A stretch of 64,000 nt of DNA from positions 78,223 to 142,222 of the forward strand of contig JANJTB010000002.1 of assembly GCA_024711295.1 (NCBI GenBank), written 5' to 3'. The notes under the pieces are model-generated. The model was not told where the DNA came from, ran no database searches, and was given only the letters and a program-made list of their open reading frames with translations. Positions 40,470 to 50,924 of this stretch are shown here, in pieces. This DNA comes from a bacterium (GTDB taxonomy: Bacteria > Bacteroidota > Ignavibacteria > Kapaibacteriales > UBA2268). Position numbers and translations under genes: made by a program. Each line of letters begins with the position of its first letter. Positions within the stretch are counted from its first letter, which is position 1.

Positions 40470-41012
40470 TTACTCAATAATATCATATATTGGTCCATCA
40501 TGAGTAAGTGTGCTTGCAACTAAATTTATTGAGTATTTTACTTGTTTGCCAATGTAAAGATTTTTGTTGGTTTCAAAAATTTCCCGAAAATTCTCATTAT
40601 GGATTTTTATTCGAAGTAAAGATACATGAGGTAAAAATTTCTTCCTTTCTTTGGCAAAACCAAGATCAATCATTCTTTTTTCGATATCGAAAAAATGTTT
40701 ATTGGTACTTTTGTCAGGACTATAAATCCTTGCATAAAGAATATCAGGTTCATTTTTTCTAAGTAAACACCCAAGTCCATTAAATTTAAGAACTGAATCA
40801 TAATTCCCTGTTATTCCCTTTAGAGCATCCTTTACTTCATCTACTTTACCAATCTCAACATTTCCCAAAAATTTATAGGTAAAATGCAAATTGTTTAATT
40901 CAGTCCATTTTCCGGAACAGCTATCGCCAAATAAAGATTTAATATTATCAAAATGCCTACCGAAAATCCTTTGTTCTACAAATGTCGCAATAAATAATCT
41001 CTTTACTTCCAT
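40470..41012 (-). CDS. thpR: RNA 2',3'-cyclic phosphodiesterase (2H family)
   Basis: RLFIA, LHFTYKFLG, FLPHVSLLR, STLTHDGPIY. Confidence 0.85.
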   Translation of the reverse strand: MEVKRLFIATFVEQRIFGRHFDNIKSLFGDSCSGKWTELNNLHFTYKFLGNVEIGKVDEVKDALKGITGNYDSVLKFNGLGCLLRKNEPDILYARIYSPDKSTNKHFFDIEKRMIDLGFAKERKKFLPHVSLLRIKIHNENFREIFETNKNLYIGKQVKYSINLVASTLTHDGPIYDIIE

Positions 41013-41207
41013 ATGTCGGCTCTTATTTTACAATTCTTAACAAATCAAAAATACAAATTTAATGAAAATTTCATGTAAAAAAAATAATTTGTAGATATAT
41101 TTACAAATCTATAATACCTAAAATAAACAAAAAAAACTAAAAATCAAATCAATTTTGGTATTTTTGAATTAATTCTAGTATTATAAAATTTTTAAAGAGA
41201 AAAAAGT

Positions 41208-42542
41208 ATGGCTTACAACATAGGTGTAATTGGTACAGGGTATGTTGGTTTGGTAACCGGAACCTGTTTTGCAGCAACAGGCAACTATGTTCATTGCGTT
41301 GATATTGATGAATCAAAAGTAAGTAGATTAAAGCAGGGCGTTTGCCCTATATTCGAACCTGGATTAGATACTATGCTTGTAAATAACATTAAAGAGGATC
41401 GCCTTTTTTTCACTACAAAATTAGAAGATGCAGTATCCAAATGCAATATAATTTTTTTGTGCTTGCCTACACCACCGAATGAAGACGGTTCAGCTGATTT
41501 GCAACACGTAAAAAGAGTAGCTTCTGATATAGCAGAATTACTGAAGAATTCAGACCCAACTGCCGAGAAAATCATTGTAAATAAAAGCACAGTACCTGTC
41601 GGAACCTCTGTAATTGTCCAGAGCATATTCAACGATATATTACCCAAAAATAATATAACCGTTGTGTCAAACCCTGAATTTTTGAGGGAAGGTTTCGCAG
41701 TAGAAGATGCAATGAAACCTGATAGAATTGTTGTTGGAACTTCTAATGAACGAGCAGCATTAATAATGAAGGATTTATACAAACCATTTGTCAGAAGTGG
41801 TAATCCAATTTATATTATGGATGAAAAAAGTGCTGAAGTAACTAAATATGCCGCAAACGCATTCTTAGCAACAAAAATTTCCTTTATGAATGATTTATCT
41901 GCTTATTGCGAAAAAGTTGGAGCAGATATAGACAGCATCAGACTTGGAATTGGCTCTGATACAAGAATCGGCAAAAGATTTTTATTTGCTGGTGTCGGCT
42001 ATGGTGGTTCTTGCTTCCCAAAAGATGTTCGAGCAATAATGTATTCTGCTGATGAATATGGTACACCATTGCAGATTGTTAAAGCAGCATATGATGTTAA
42101 TAATAAACAAATAAATAGATTTGCCGATATTATTATCAAGAGATTTAATAATAACGTTAAGGATAAAAAATTTGCAATTTGGGGCCTTGCGTTCAAACCA
42201 AATACAGACGATACAAGAGAAGCTCCGGCATTTGATATAATTCGTAAGTTATTGAATGGTGGTGCCAAGGTTTCGGCTTACGACCCTGAAGCAATGGAAA
42301 ATACAAAATTGATTTTTGGTAACACTATTGATTATGCCCAAAACATGTATGACTGTATACATGAAGCAGATGCTCTGGTTATTGTAACAGAATGGACTGT
42401 ATTCAGAAATCCTGATTTTGAAAAAATTAATTCTTTGATTAATAACAGAATTATTTTTGACGGAAGAAACCTTTTTGTTCCTGATGAAATGGAGCAACTT
42501 GGATATGAATATTATAGCATTGGAAGAAAATTAATTAAATAA
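41208..42542 (+). CDS. ugd: UDP-glucose 6-dehydrogenase
   Basis: GTGYVGL, NKSTVPVG, SNPEFLREG, GYGGSCFPKD, GLAFKPNTDD. Confidence 0.93.
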   Translation: MAYNIGVIGTGYVGLVTGTCFAATGNYVHCVDIDESKVSRLKQGVCPIFEPGLDTMLVNNIKEDRLFFTTKLEDAVSKCNIIFLCLPTPPNEDGSADLQHVKRVASDIAELLKNSDPTAEKIIVNKSTVPVGTSVIVQSIFNDILPKNNITVVSNPEFLREGFAVEDAMKPDRIVVGTSNERAALIMKDLYKPFVRSGNPIYIMDEKSAEVTKYAANAFLATKISFMNDLSAYCEKVGADIDSIRLGIGSDTRIGKRFLFAGVGYGGSCFPKDVRAIMYSADEYGTPLQIVKAAYDVNNKQINRFADIIIKRFNNNVKDKKFAIWGLAFKPNTDDTREAPAFDIIRKLLNGGAKVSAYDPEAMENTKLIFGNTIDYAQNMYDCIHEADALVIVTEWTVFRNPDFEKINSLINNRIIFDGRNLFVPDEMEQLGYEYYSIGRKLIK

Positions 42543-42838
42543 TTCTGAACAATATTATCAAAATTAAACAAAAATATTTGTTGATATATGGCCATTCAAT
42601 TTTTAGGATATTTTTAATCTAATTTAAAATTGATTGATTATTTTTAGAGACATTGAGCATTTACGAAATAGCATAAATATATGTATTCATTGCACTTAAA
42701 TTCGCTTTAAAATGAATAAGTCATAATAAATGATGAATTAAATTGCTTGTAAATTTTGATAATTGATTGAGTGGCACGTTTTTTAATAAACAAATATTAC
42801 TTTGCATATTTTGCATGGTTTTGGTAAAGGAATTATAT

Positions 42839-43414
42839 ATGTCAAGTGAAGAAAAAGATTTTGAATCAGGTACACAGAAAAAGAAGGGATTATCTTTTCC
42901 GATAATTATTGCTATTATAGCTGCAGGAGTGATAGTTCTTGTTGTGACTATCATTTTTGTCATAAGTATCATGATGAATAACATGAAACAATCAATAATT
43001 GAAGTTACAGGAAAAGGGACTACTGAACAAAAACAATCTTCGAAAGAAAAAGATTCTAATAAAGATAAAGATGATGACCTAAGTAAGTACGAGTATTTCG
43101 AGACCGGAAGAATTGTTACCAATCCTTTAAACAGCACTCAGTATGTAGTAGTCAATCTTGGGATTTTCTACTCAAAAATGAATGCAAAAGAAGAACAGGA
43201 ACCTGATAAAGAATTTTTGGAAAACCAGCTTAAGAGAATTAATGCTATTATAAAGCATCAGGTAAATTCTCATGTTGGTGACAGAGATATATCAGCAATT
43301 CAAATTCCAAGAGATTCACTTGTAATTAAGTTTAAAGACAAACTAATTCCATCTTTCAGAGCCGAAAAACTTAAGCTAAAAGATGTAATACTTGTTGAAT
43401 TTATTATTCAGTAA
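42839..43414 (+). CDS. fliL: Flagellar basal-body protein FliL
   Basis: Single TM, IVTNP..QYVVV, ends VILVEFIIQ; upstream of fliM; start moved to ATG 42839. Confidence 0.8.
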   Translation: MSSEEKDFESGTQKKKGLSFPIIIAIIAAGVIVLVVTIIFVISIMMNNMKQSIIEVTGKGTTEQKQSSKEKDSNKDKDDDLSKYEYFETGRIVTNPLNSTQYVVVNLGIFYSKMNAKEEQEPDKEFLENQLKRINAIIKHQVNSHVGDRDISAIQIPRDSLVIKFKDKLIPSFRAEKLKLKDVILVEFIIQ

Positions 43415-43427
43415 ACAATCAAAGATT

Positions 43428-44474
43428 ATGTCGGATATACTATCACAGAATGAGATTGACAGCCTACTATCAGAAATGAGCAGTGGGAGAGTTGACGTTG
43501 ATGATGTAGTAGCAGGTAAGATAAGACCAGGCAGAACTGATGTTGTTAATTACGATTTCAGACGTCCAAACCGTATATCAAAAAATCAAGTTCGTACTCT
43601 ACAGTCTATCCACGAGAATTTCTCTGAAGTGTTTAGTTATTATCTTGTTTCAAAGTTACAGACTTTGGTATCTTTCAGTGTTACATCTGTTGACCAATTA
43701 TTTTACTCCGAGTTTATACTATCTGTTTCAAATCCAAGTTGTATCTATGTATTTGATATTTTGGGAACCGATGGAAGCGGAATTTTAGAGATCAGTCCTG
43801 AGATGGCTCTGACTTTGGTTGACCTTTTGCTTGGCGGCAAAGGTGAAACAGTACCTAAGCCAAGAACCATTACCCCAATTGAGCAAGCTGTTATAAGAGG
43901 TATTATTGAACATGCATTATCTGATCTGAGAAATGCCTGGCGTTCGATTGCTGACTTAAACTTCAAATATTCAAGGTTAGAGGTCGAAGCCGATTTTGTT
44001 CAGATAGCACCATCATCAGAAATTGTTATTGTTATTTCATTTGATGTCAAGATCGGAAATTCCAGTAATAATTTTATGATGAACCTATGCTTCCCCACTT
44101 TTGCTTTAGAAGAGGTTTTGGCAAAGCTTAATCGTCAACAATTAACCACTTCAGCATTAAAGCAGTCAAAAAAAAGACTTTACGATAACATTAATATTAT
44201 CCAACAGCAAATGGCCATTACACATCTGCCATTAGTTGCTGAGTTGGGTAAAACTTCATTAACTGTTAAGGAATTGCTTGACTTAAACGTTGGCGATATT
44301 GTTAAATTAAATAATAAAGTAAACCAAGAGATTGAAGTTTTAATTGGTACTAAAAGGAAATTGGCTGCCCGCCCAGGCTCGATGAGTGGAAAGAAAGCAA
44401 TCAAAATAACCCGTCCCTTGCAGGATGAGGATTTAGTTGAAGAAGATTTAACTTTTAAAGAAAAGGAATTCTAA
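43428..44474 (+). CDS. fliM: Flagellar motor switch protein FliM
   Basis: MSDILSQNEIDSLL, YDFRRPNRISK, C-terminal SpoA domain; start moved to ATG 43428. Confidence 0.95.
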   Translation: MSDILSQNEIDSLLSEMSSGRVDVDDVVAGKIRPGRTDVVNYDFRRPNRISKNQVRTLQSIHENFSEVFSYYLVSKLQTLVSFSVTSVDQLFYSEFILSVSNPSCIYVFDILGTDGSGILEISPEMALTLVDLLLGGKGETVPKPRTITPIEQAVIRGIIEHALSDLRNAWRSIADLNFKYSRLEVEADFVQIAPSSEIVIVISFDVKIGNSSNNFMMNLCFPTFALEEVLAKLNRQQLTTSALKQSKKRLYDNINIIQQQMAITHLPLVAELGKTSLTVKELLDLNVGDIVKLNNKVNQEIEVLIGTKRKLAARPGSMSGKKAIKITRPLQDEDLVEEDLTFKEKEF

Positions 44475-44476
44475 AC

Positions 44477-44896
44477 ATGACAATGACACAGGATGAAATT
44501 GATGCTTTAATCAGTAGCGGTGATATTGATGAAAGTGAACTTAATGCTACTGATGATGCAAGTGAAAGTTCTGATTTCGGAGACTTCCCAAATCTGACAA
44601 ATGCGAGTGATGATAAACTTTTTTCACCACTCGACCCCAAATTAGAACTTCTTTACGATTTACAGCTCCCTGTTTCAATAGAATTAGGTCGCACGAATAT
44701 GTTGATAAGAGACATTCTCAGACTGGGCAGAGGCTCGGTAATTGAATTCGACAAACTTGTCAGCGAGCCAGTAGATGTATTGATAAACGGCAAGAAAGTC
44801 GCAGAAGGTGAAGTTGTAGTTGTTGATAAGCATTTTGGTATAAGAATCACTACTCTGATAGACCCTGCCGATAGATTACGTACATTAAGAAAATAA
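44477..44896 (+). CDS. fliN: Flagellar motor switch protein FliN
   Basis: VSIELGRT, GSVIEFDK, GEVVVVDKHFGIRIT. Confidence 0.93.
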   Translation: MTMTQDEIDALISSGDIDESELNATDDASESSDFGDFPNLTNASDDKLFSPLDPKLELLYDLQLPVSIELGRTNMLIRDILRLGRGSVIEFDKLVSEPVDVLINGKKVAEGEVVVVDKHFGIRITTLIDPADRLRTLRK

Positions 44897-44927
44897 AATA
44901 TTTAGTTTATTTAAGGACTTATTGACC

Positions 44928-45305
44928 ATGGATGGTTATATTTTAAATGCTTTTTTTACATTGGCTGTAGTAGTGGCTGCATTCGGAGCACTACTCTTTA
45001 TTTTGAAGAAAACTCAATTAAGCAAAAAAAGCAAAGATTCGGACATTGAGATGAAAATAATATCTAAAATGGCACTGAATCAAAAAAATCAATTATACAT
45101 TGTACAAATTGCAGATAAAAAATTATTATTGGGTGTATCAGACTCCGGTATCAGAAATCTATCACAATTATCTTTTGCAAATAATACTGATATCCCTCAA
45201 AACGTTAGCACCTTATCCACTTCAAAAAATGTTAATGATTATGAAGATGATAGTTTATCCTTTAAATCATTCGTAAAATCAACATTTAAAATTAGAGCAA
45301 ATTAA
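44928..45305 (+). CDS. fliO: Flagellar biosynthesis protein FliO
   Basis: N-terminal TM, LYIVQIADKKLLLGVS; follows fliN. Confidence 0.8.
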   Translation: MDGYILNAFFTLAVVVAAFGALLFILKKTQLSKKSKDSDIEMKIISKMALNQKNQLYIVQIADKKLLLGVSDSGIRNLSQLSFANNTDIPQNVSTLSTSKNVNDYEDDSLSFKSFVKSTFKIRAN

Positions 45306-45434
45306 TTTATTTATCATACTGTAATATACTAATTATGTATATATGTATGATTGTTGATTAAAAAAATTTTATTATTTCAAAAAAAAGTCATAATTTTACA
45401 TTAATGATAATAACATTTATTGGAAAAAAGTATA

Positions 45435-46889
45435 ATGAGAAGTGTTATAAAGAATATAATCATAATAATTGCAATAAGTTGCTGCAATTTTGTTTATGCT
45501 CAGGATAACTCTGTATGTTACGACTGTCATGACGATCCTTCAATTACCTTAGAAAGAAACGGCATTACAGTACCACTTACAGTAAAAAGATTTACATTGC
45601 CACGGTCAGTTCATGGCAAGTTAAAATGTGTGGATTGCCATGAAGATTTCGATCCATTCGAAATACCACATAAGGCAAAAATGACAAAAGTCAACTGTAT
45701 GTCTTGTCACCAAAATCCTGTAGAAATCCATAAATTTCACCCTCAGATGTTGGGAGCAACCGGTACTGGCGGTAGTGCAGACATCAATTGTAAAGGATGT
45801 CATGGAACTCATGAAGTTGTGAGCAAGAAATCTCCTAACTCAGAATTCCACTTTACAAAATCAACAGAGTTTTGTGGTAGATGCCATCCCAAAATCATGC
45901 AGGAACATCTAATATCAGAGCATTTTGTTGAGGTATCTCACGAAAATCCTAATGCTCCTACTTGTATTTATTGCCATTCAAAGCCAATTACTAAAAGACA
46001 TTTGCTCGATAAAGTTCAATTAAAATTGAATCAGGAAAAGCTTTGTTTGGATTGTCACCTTAAGCACCCTGATAATAAAAGTAAATTTGCAAAAACCTTA
46101 GTTGATTATTCAAAAAGTGTTCACGGTATAGCGATTACACGAGGTAACGCAAACGCCGCAGTTTGTGTTGACTGTCATGGTGCACACAGGCTCGAAAAAG
46201 CATCTGTTCCAACATCAAGTATTCACAAAAATAACGTTCATAACGTTTGTGGCAAATGTCATACAGACATTACAGGTGAATATATGAAAAGTATTCACGG
46301 ACAAGGAGTAATGAAGGGATTCAAGGACTCCCCTACCTGTACTTTTTGTCATGGTGAACATAATATTTTGGCTGTTCCGGACGTACCTGAAGAAGCTTTT
46401 AAGATTTCAGGAATGAAGTTTAATGTAGTGATAAACAACAAAATGGTATTTTGCGTTACTTGCCATTCTGATAAAGAAATGATGAAGAGATATGATTTGA
46501 CTACTATCGAAGAGTCTCACAAATGGATGCCAAATCAAGTGAAACACTGGGAGACTGTTAGATGTGTTGATTGCCATTCATCACACGAGCACCCCAGTCT
46601 AAATCATAATATCTTACCACGTTCCGAAACTGTCAAGCAATGCGAAGAATGCCACTCACAAAACTCAAAACTTATGTCGAAACTTTATGTGCACGAAAAA
46701 CAACAATCAAGAATGAAATATGGCTTTGTAAACGGTACTCTTCTTAGTGATGCTTATGTTATCGGAACTACAAGAAATGTTTACCTTGATACATTAAGCA
46801 TAATCATTTTTGGTATGACCTTTTTTGGAATCGGAGTTCACGGATTTTTGAGATGGAGAGCAAAGAAAAATAGAGGTAAACAAGCATGA
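45435..46889 (+). CDS. Multiheme cytochrome c (13 CxxCH) with signal peptide and C-terminal TM anchor
   Basis: Counted CYDCH, CVDCH, CMSCH, CKGCH, CGRCH, CIYCH, CLDCH, CVDCH, CGKCH, CTFCH, CVTCH, CVDCH, CEECH. Confidence 0.93.
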   Translation: MRSVIKNIIIIIAISCCNFVYAQDNSVCYDCHDDPSITLERNGITVPLTVKRFTLPRSVHGKLKCVDCHEDFDPFEIPHKAKMTKVNCMSCHQNPVEIHKFHPQMLGATGTGGSADINCKGCHGTHEVVSKKSPNSEFHFTKSTEFCGRCHPKIMQEHLISEHFVEVSHENPNAPTCIYCHSKPITKRHLLDKVQLKLNQEKLCLDCHLKHPDNKSKFAKTLVDYSKSVHGIAITRGNANAAVCVDCHGAHRLEKASVPTSSIHKNNVHNVCGKCHTDITGEYMKSIHGQGVMKGFKDSPTCTFCHGEHNILAVPDVPEEAFKISGMKFNVVINNKMVFCVTCHSDKEMMKRYDLTTIEESHKWMPNQVKHWETVRCVDCHSSHEHPSLNHNILPRSETVKQCEECHSQNSKLMSKLYVHEKQQSRMKYGFVNGTLLSDAYVIGTTRNVYLDTLSIIIFGMTFFGIGVHGFLRWRAKKNRGKQA

Positions 46890-47647
46890 AAAAAGTAATG
46901 TTATATCCATTATGGTTAAGAATTTGGCACTGGTCGAATGCTATTTTGTTTTTAGTTCTGATTTTATCAGGTATAAGTATGCATTACTCAGCAACCAACG
47001 AACTATTCTTATCTTTTGATGTTGCAATGTACACTCACAATATAGCAGGAATATTACTAAGTTTATTCTTTGGTATTTATTTAATAATGAATATTGTTTC
47101 GGGCAATTACAAACACTACATACCTCAGATTCAAGGGATAGTTGACAGAATGATTAAGCAAAGCATATACTATGTATATGGTGTATTCAAAGGTCATGAC
47201 CATCCATTTCATACATCTGAAAAATTAAAGTTTAATCCACTTCAACAGCTTACTTATTTTGCAATCATGTTTTTTTTGTTGCCTGTTATTTTGATTTCGG
47301 GTTGGCTTCTGATGTTTCCAGAATTGGCACCTGAGAATGTCCTCGGCATGGGTGGAGTTTGGCCAATGGCTATTTTGCATATAGTTGTTGGTTTTTTCTT
47401 AAGCCTTTTTATGTTTGGACATATTTATTTAGCAACTCACGGTGAAACACCTACTGCCAATTTTAAATCAATGATTGATGGCTATCATGAAATTCACGAG
47501 CACCATTCTCCAAGCTTGGTTATCAATGCCGGTAATATAGATGAATATGGTGATGATTCCAAAAAAATTGATTTGCATGATGACTATGAAGTACATAAGG
47601 AAGGCGACGCTGATTATAACCCCGAAACTAAAGTGATCAAGAAGTAA
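46886..47647 (+). CDS. Di-heme cytochrome b (FdnI/PhsC/Ni-hydrogenase b-type)
   Basis: RIWHWSNA, THNIAG, KFNPLQQL, LHIV..GHIYLA; ATGA overlap with the cytochrome c gene. Confidence 0.9.
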   Translation: MKKVMLYPLWLRIWHWSNAILFLVLILSGISMHYSATNELFLSFDVAMYTHNIAGILLSLFFGIYLIMNIVSGNYKHYIPQIQGIVDRMIKQSIYYVYGVFKGHDHPFHTSEKLKFNPLQQLTYFAIMFFLLPVILISGWLLMFPELAPENVLGMGGVWPMAILHIVVGFFLSLFMFGHIYLATHGETPTANFKSMIDGYHEIHEHHSPSLVINAGNIDEYGDDSKKIDLHDDYEVHKEGDADYNPETKVIKK

Positions 47648-47673
47648 TCCCCGATTTTCAAATTTATGTTTAC

Positions 47674-47712
47674 AAAAAAAAGAGGTTAAGTTAATTCAAC
47701 TTAACCTCTTTT
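47674..47712 (+). terminator. Terminator after the cytochrome pair
   Basis: AAAAGAGGTTAAGTT/AACTTAACCTCTTTT inverted repeat. Confidence 0.7.
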
Positions 47713-47840
47713 AGTAGTAGTAACTTTTTAATTACTTAATTTAAAAAAAAGTTTAATCAATATTATTATATAATCATTACTTTTGTGATTATATATTTGA
47801 ATTTTTTATTTTTCTTATTATTTAGCATAGTGTTGAATTT

Positions 47841-50800
47841 ATGTCATCAATAAATAATGACTTAATTTATGGACTCTTTAGCCTGGTTACTGATTACTGT
47901 TTTCTTCTGGATATTGATGGAAATATCATTGATGTAAATCAAGTAGTCTTGGATAATTTAAATTACACTAAAGATGATATATTAAAACTTAATGTTTATG
48001 ACATTCACCCCAAAAGTAGGAGAAAAGAAGCTAAGGAAATAATACAGAAAATTATTGCCGGTATGGCTTCAGAATGCAATATACCGCTAAAATCAAACAA
48101 TGGCAACCTTATCCCTGTTTTTACAAAAGTAAAGATAATCGAAATTGATAAACTGAATTATATCTTAGGAATTTCAAAAGACCTTACAAAAGAGATAGAT
48201 TCGATTACAAAATTTGAAATTGCTTTCGACGAATCACCTCAACCTATGGCTATTACAGATCTTGATTCTGGTACATATTTATTCATAAATCAAGCATTCG
48301 AAAATTTATTTGAATATACTAAACAAGAAGTCATTGGACATACATCTTCAGAAATATTACCATCTATAACTCCTCAAATAAGAAGACAGATGCTTGCCGA
48401 CCTTCTTATTAGCGGTAAAGCAGAAAATGTAAAATTTAAACTAAACACCAAGACAGGAAAGTCACTCATAGGTTTTCTCTCCGGAAAAATATTCGAATCA
48501 AATGGCAGAAAATTCTTATTGAGTTCATTTCAGGATATTACATTAAATGACAACCTGATAAATGAATTGCAAAGCGCCAAGGAGAGATGGAACTATGCAT
48601 TGGAAAGCTCAGATCTTGGTGTATGGGATTGGAATTTAATCACCAATGAAGTATTTTTCTCAAAGAAATGGAAGTCTATGCTGGGGTTTGAATACGATGA
48701 AATTTCGAATTCACTCTCTACATGGGAAGAACTAACACATCCGGAAGATTTATCATATTGCTACAATGAAATTTCCAAGCATTTGAGAGGAGAAATTGAG
48801 CAATACCAGAGTACTCATAGAATTAAGAATAAATCCGGTGATTACATTTGGATACTTGATACCGGTAAAGTTGTAGAATTAGATAATCTGGGTAATCCTT
48901 CAAGGTTTGTTGGAACTCACAGAGATATTTCAGAAATCAAGGCTAAAGAGAAAGCACTATCAGAGCAGCACGATTGGAATAGGACGATTTTTGAATCAGC
49001 TAAAGCAGGCATTGTAATAATTGACACAAATACTTTTGAGGTGGTTGATGTTAATCAAACCGCTTGCGACATTCTCAAATTTAAACAATCCGAATTAATA
49101 GGCAAAAAATGCGGCGATTTTTTCTGCCTCGGCCAAAATTGTTGTGAATACAAAACTCCCGATTTTCCAATCCTTAATAAAGAAAAAGTGACACATGATT
49201 CAGAAGGTAAAGAACTTACTATTATTAAATCTGTAATACAAAAACAACTAAATAATAAACTCTACAATATCGAAAGTTTTGTTGATATTACAGACTTGAA
49301 GAGCAAAGAAAAAGAAATTGTAGAGAGTCAAAGACAGCTCGATTTATTCTTTAATCAGTCTTTGGCAGGATTCTTTTTCATGAAAACTGAAAAAGCAGTA
49401 GAGTGGAACAACAAAGTTGATAAGAATGCAACCTTAGATTATATTTTTAATAATCAAAAAGTTACTAAAGTTAATCAATCAATGATTAGTCAATATAATG
49501 CTAAAGAAGAGCAGATGATTGGTCTAACACCTCGATATTTCTTTTCTGATAATATTGAATATGGTAAACAAATTTATAAAACACTTTTTGATTCCGGGAA
49601 AATTCATCTAAATACTACACAGAAAAAACTTGATGGTACAGAGGTGATAATTGAAGCGGATTATACATGTTTATATGATATAAATGGACGCATTATCGGT
49701 ATGTTCGGAATCCAGCAAGATGTAACAAAAAAGCAACTTTTTGAACGTTTAGTCAAAGAAAAAACTGCTGAATTGGAAAAATATTTCGATATAAGCATGG
49801 ATTTGATAATTATATCTGATATGGAAGGAAGGTTCAAGCGATTTAACAATCGATGGGTTGAATTACTTGGGATTAGTCCTGAGGAATTGAAAGATTACAG
49901 ATTTCTTGATTTTGTGCATCCCGAGGATATAGAAGAAACAATTCAAATAATGAAATCCCTTAGCATGAACAAACCTATAACCGGTTTTGTGAATCGTTAC
50001 AGAAATAAATTAAACGAATATGTATATATAGAGTGGAATTCAGTTTATCAAAACAGAGTTATATATGGTGCAGGTAGAGATATTACTCAGATGATTGAAG
50101 ATAAAAAAGAAATCATCAAGTTACTTGACCAATCAAGAGAAACAAATGAAGCTATCGAGACTATGCTTTATCAAAAAAATGTTCTCATTGAAGAATTAGA
50201 ATCCATAAAAGAAAAATTGACTGAGGCTATAAACCAGAAAGATAAGTTCGTTTCAATTATGGCTCACGACCTTAGGTCACCCTTAAATGGTTTTATCGGT
50301 CTCACAAGATTAATGGCTGAAGATATTGATTCCTTTTCAAAAGAAGAAATTCAGGAAATAGCAGAAAAACTCAATCTAAGCTCTAATCATTTATCTGATT
50401 TATTAGAAAATCTGTTAAGTTGGTCAATGACTCAAAGAGGTCTTATTGAATTTAATCCTATTGAATTTGATTTGATAAAAATTATTTCAAAAGTTATTGC
50501 TACTATTAAGTTAAGCGCTGAGCAAAAAGGTATCACACTATTTTTTGACCAACACATAGACTCAATTTTTGTTACTGCTGACATTAACATGGTTCAAACA
50601 ATATTAAGAAACTTGATTTCGAATGCAATTAAATTTTCTAATGCGGACAGTACTATAATTATTGAAGTCAGAGAAAGTGAAAAAGATTACATTATTAAGG
50701 TCAAGGACAGTGGAATCGGTATGAGTCCTGAACTTCTTGCAAAACTGTTTAAAATGGATGAGAAAACAACCCGCACCGGTACAGCTGATGAAAAGAGTAC

Positions 50801-50912
50801 CGGCTTAGGATTATTGCTTTGTAACGATTATGCTGTCAGAAACAATGGCAACCTGACAATTGAAAGCCAGGAGAATATTGGTACTACAGTTTATTTTAGT
50901 TTACCAAAATAA
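47841..50912 (+). CDS. Cytoplasmic multi-PAS sensor histidine kinase
   Basis: About six PAS/PAC repeats (GVWDWN, HPED), H-box AHDLRSPL, N-box NLISNAIKF, DSGIG, GLGL; no TM or receiver domain seen. Confidence 0.92.
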   Translation: MSSINNDLIYGLFSLVTDYCFLLDIDGNIIDVNQVVLDNLNYTKDDILKLNVYDIHPKSRRKEAKEIIQKIIAGMASECNIPLKSNNGNLIPVFTKVKIIEIDKLNYILGISKDLTKEIDSITKFEIAFDESPQPMAITDLDSGTYLFINQAFENLFEYTKQEVIGHTSSEILPSITPQIRRQMLADLLISGKAENVKFKLNTKTGKSLIGFLSGKIFESNGRKFLLSSFQDITLNDNLINELQSAKERWNYALESSDLGVWDWNLITNEVFFSKKWKSMLGFEYDEISNSLSTWEELTHPEDLSYCYNEISKHLRGEIEQYQSTHRIKNKSGDYIWILDTGKVVELDNLGNPSRFVGTHRDISEIKAKEKALSEQHDWNRTIFESAKAGIVIIDTNTFEVVDVNQTACDILKFKQSELIGKKCGDFFCLGQNCCEYKTPDFPILNKEKVTHDSEGKELTIIKSVIQKQLNNKLYNIESFVDITDLKSKEKEIVESQRQLDLFFNQSLAGFFFMKTEKAVEWNNKVDKNATLDYIFNNQKVTKVNQSMISQYNAKEEQMIGLTPRYFFSDNIEYGKQIYKTLFDSGKIHLNTTQKKLDGTEVIIEADYTCLYDINGRIIGMFGIQQDVTKKQLFERLVKEKTAELEKYFDISMDLIIISDMEGRFKRFNNRWVELLGISPEELKDYRFLDFVHPEDIEETIQIMKSLSMNKPITGFVNRYRNKLNEYVYIEWNSVYQNRVIYGAGRDITQMIEDKKEIIKLLDQSRETNEAIETMLYQKNVLIEELESIKEKLTEAINQKDKFVSIMAHDLRSPLNGFIGLTRLMAEDIDSFSKEEIQEIAEKLNLSSNHLSDLLENLLSWSMTQRGLIEFNPIEFDLIKIISKVIATIKLSAEQKGITLFFDQHIDSIFVTADINMVQTILRNLISNAIKFSNADSTIIIEVRESEKDYIIKVKDSGIGMSPELLAKLFKMDEKTTRTGTADEKSTGLGLLLCNDYAVRNNGNLTIESQENIGTTVYFSLPK

Positions 50913-50924
50913 AAAGAGAACAAA

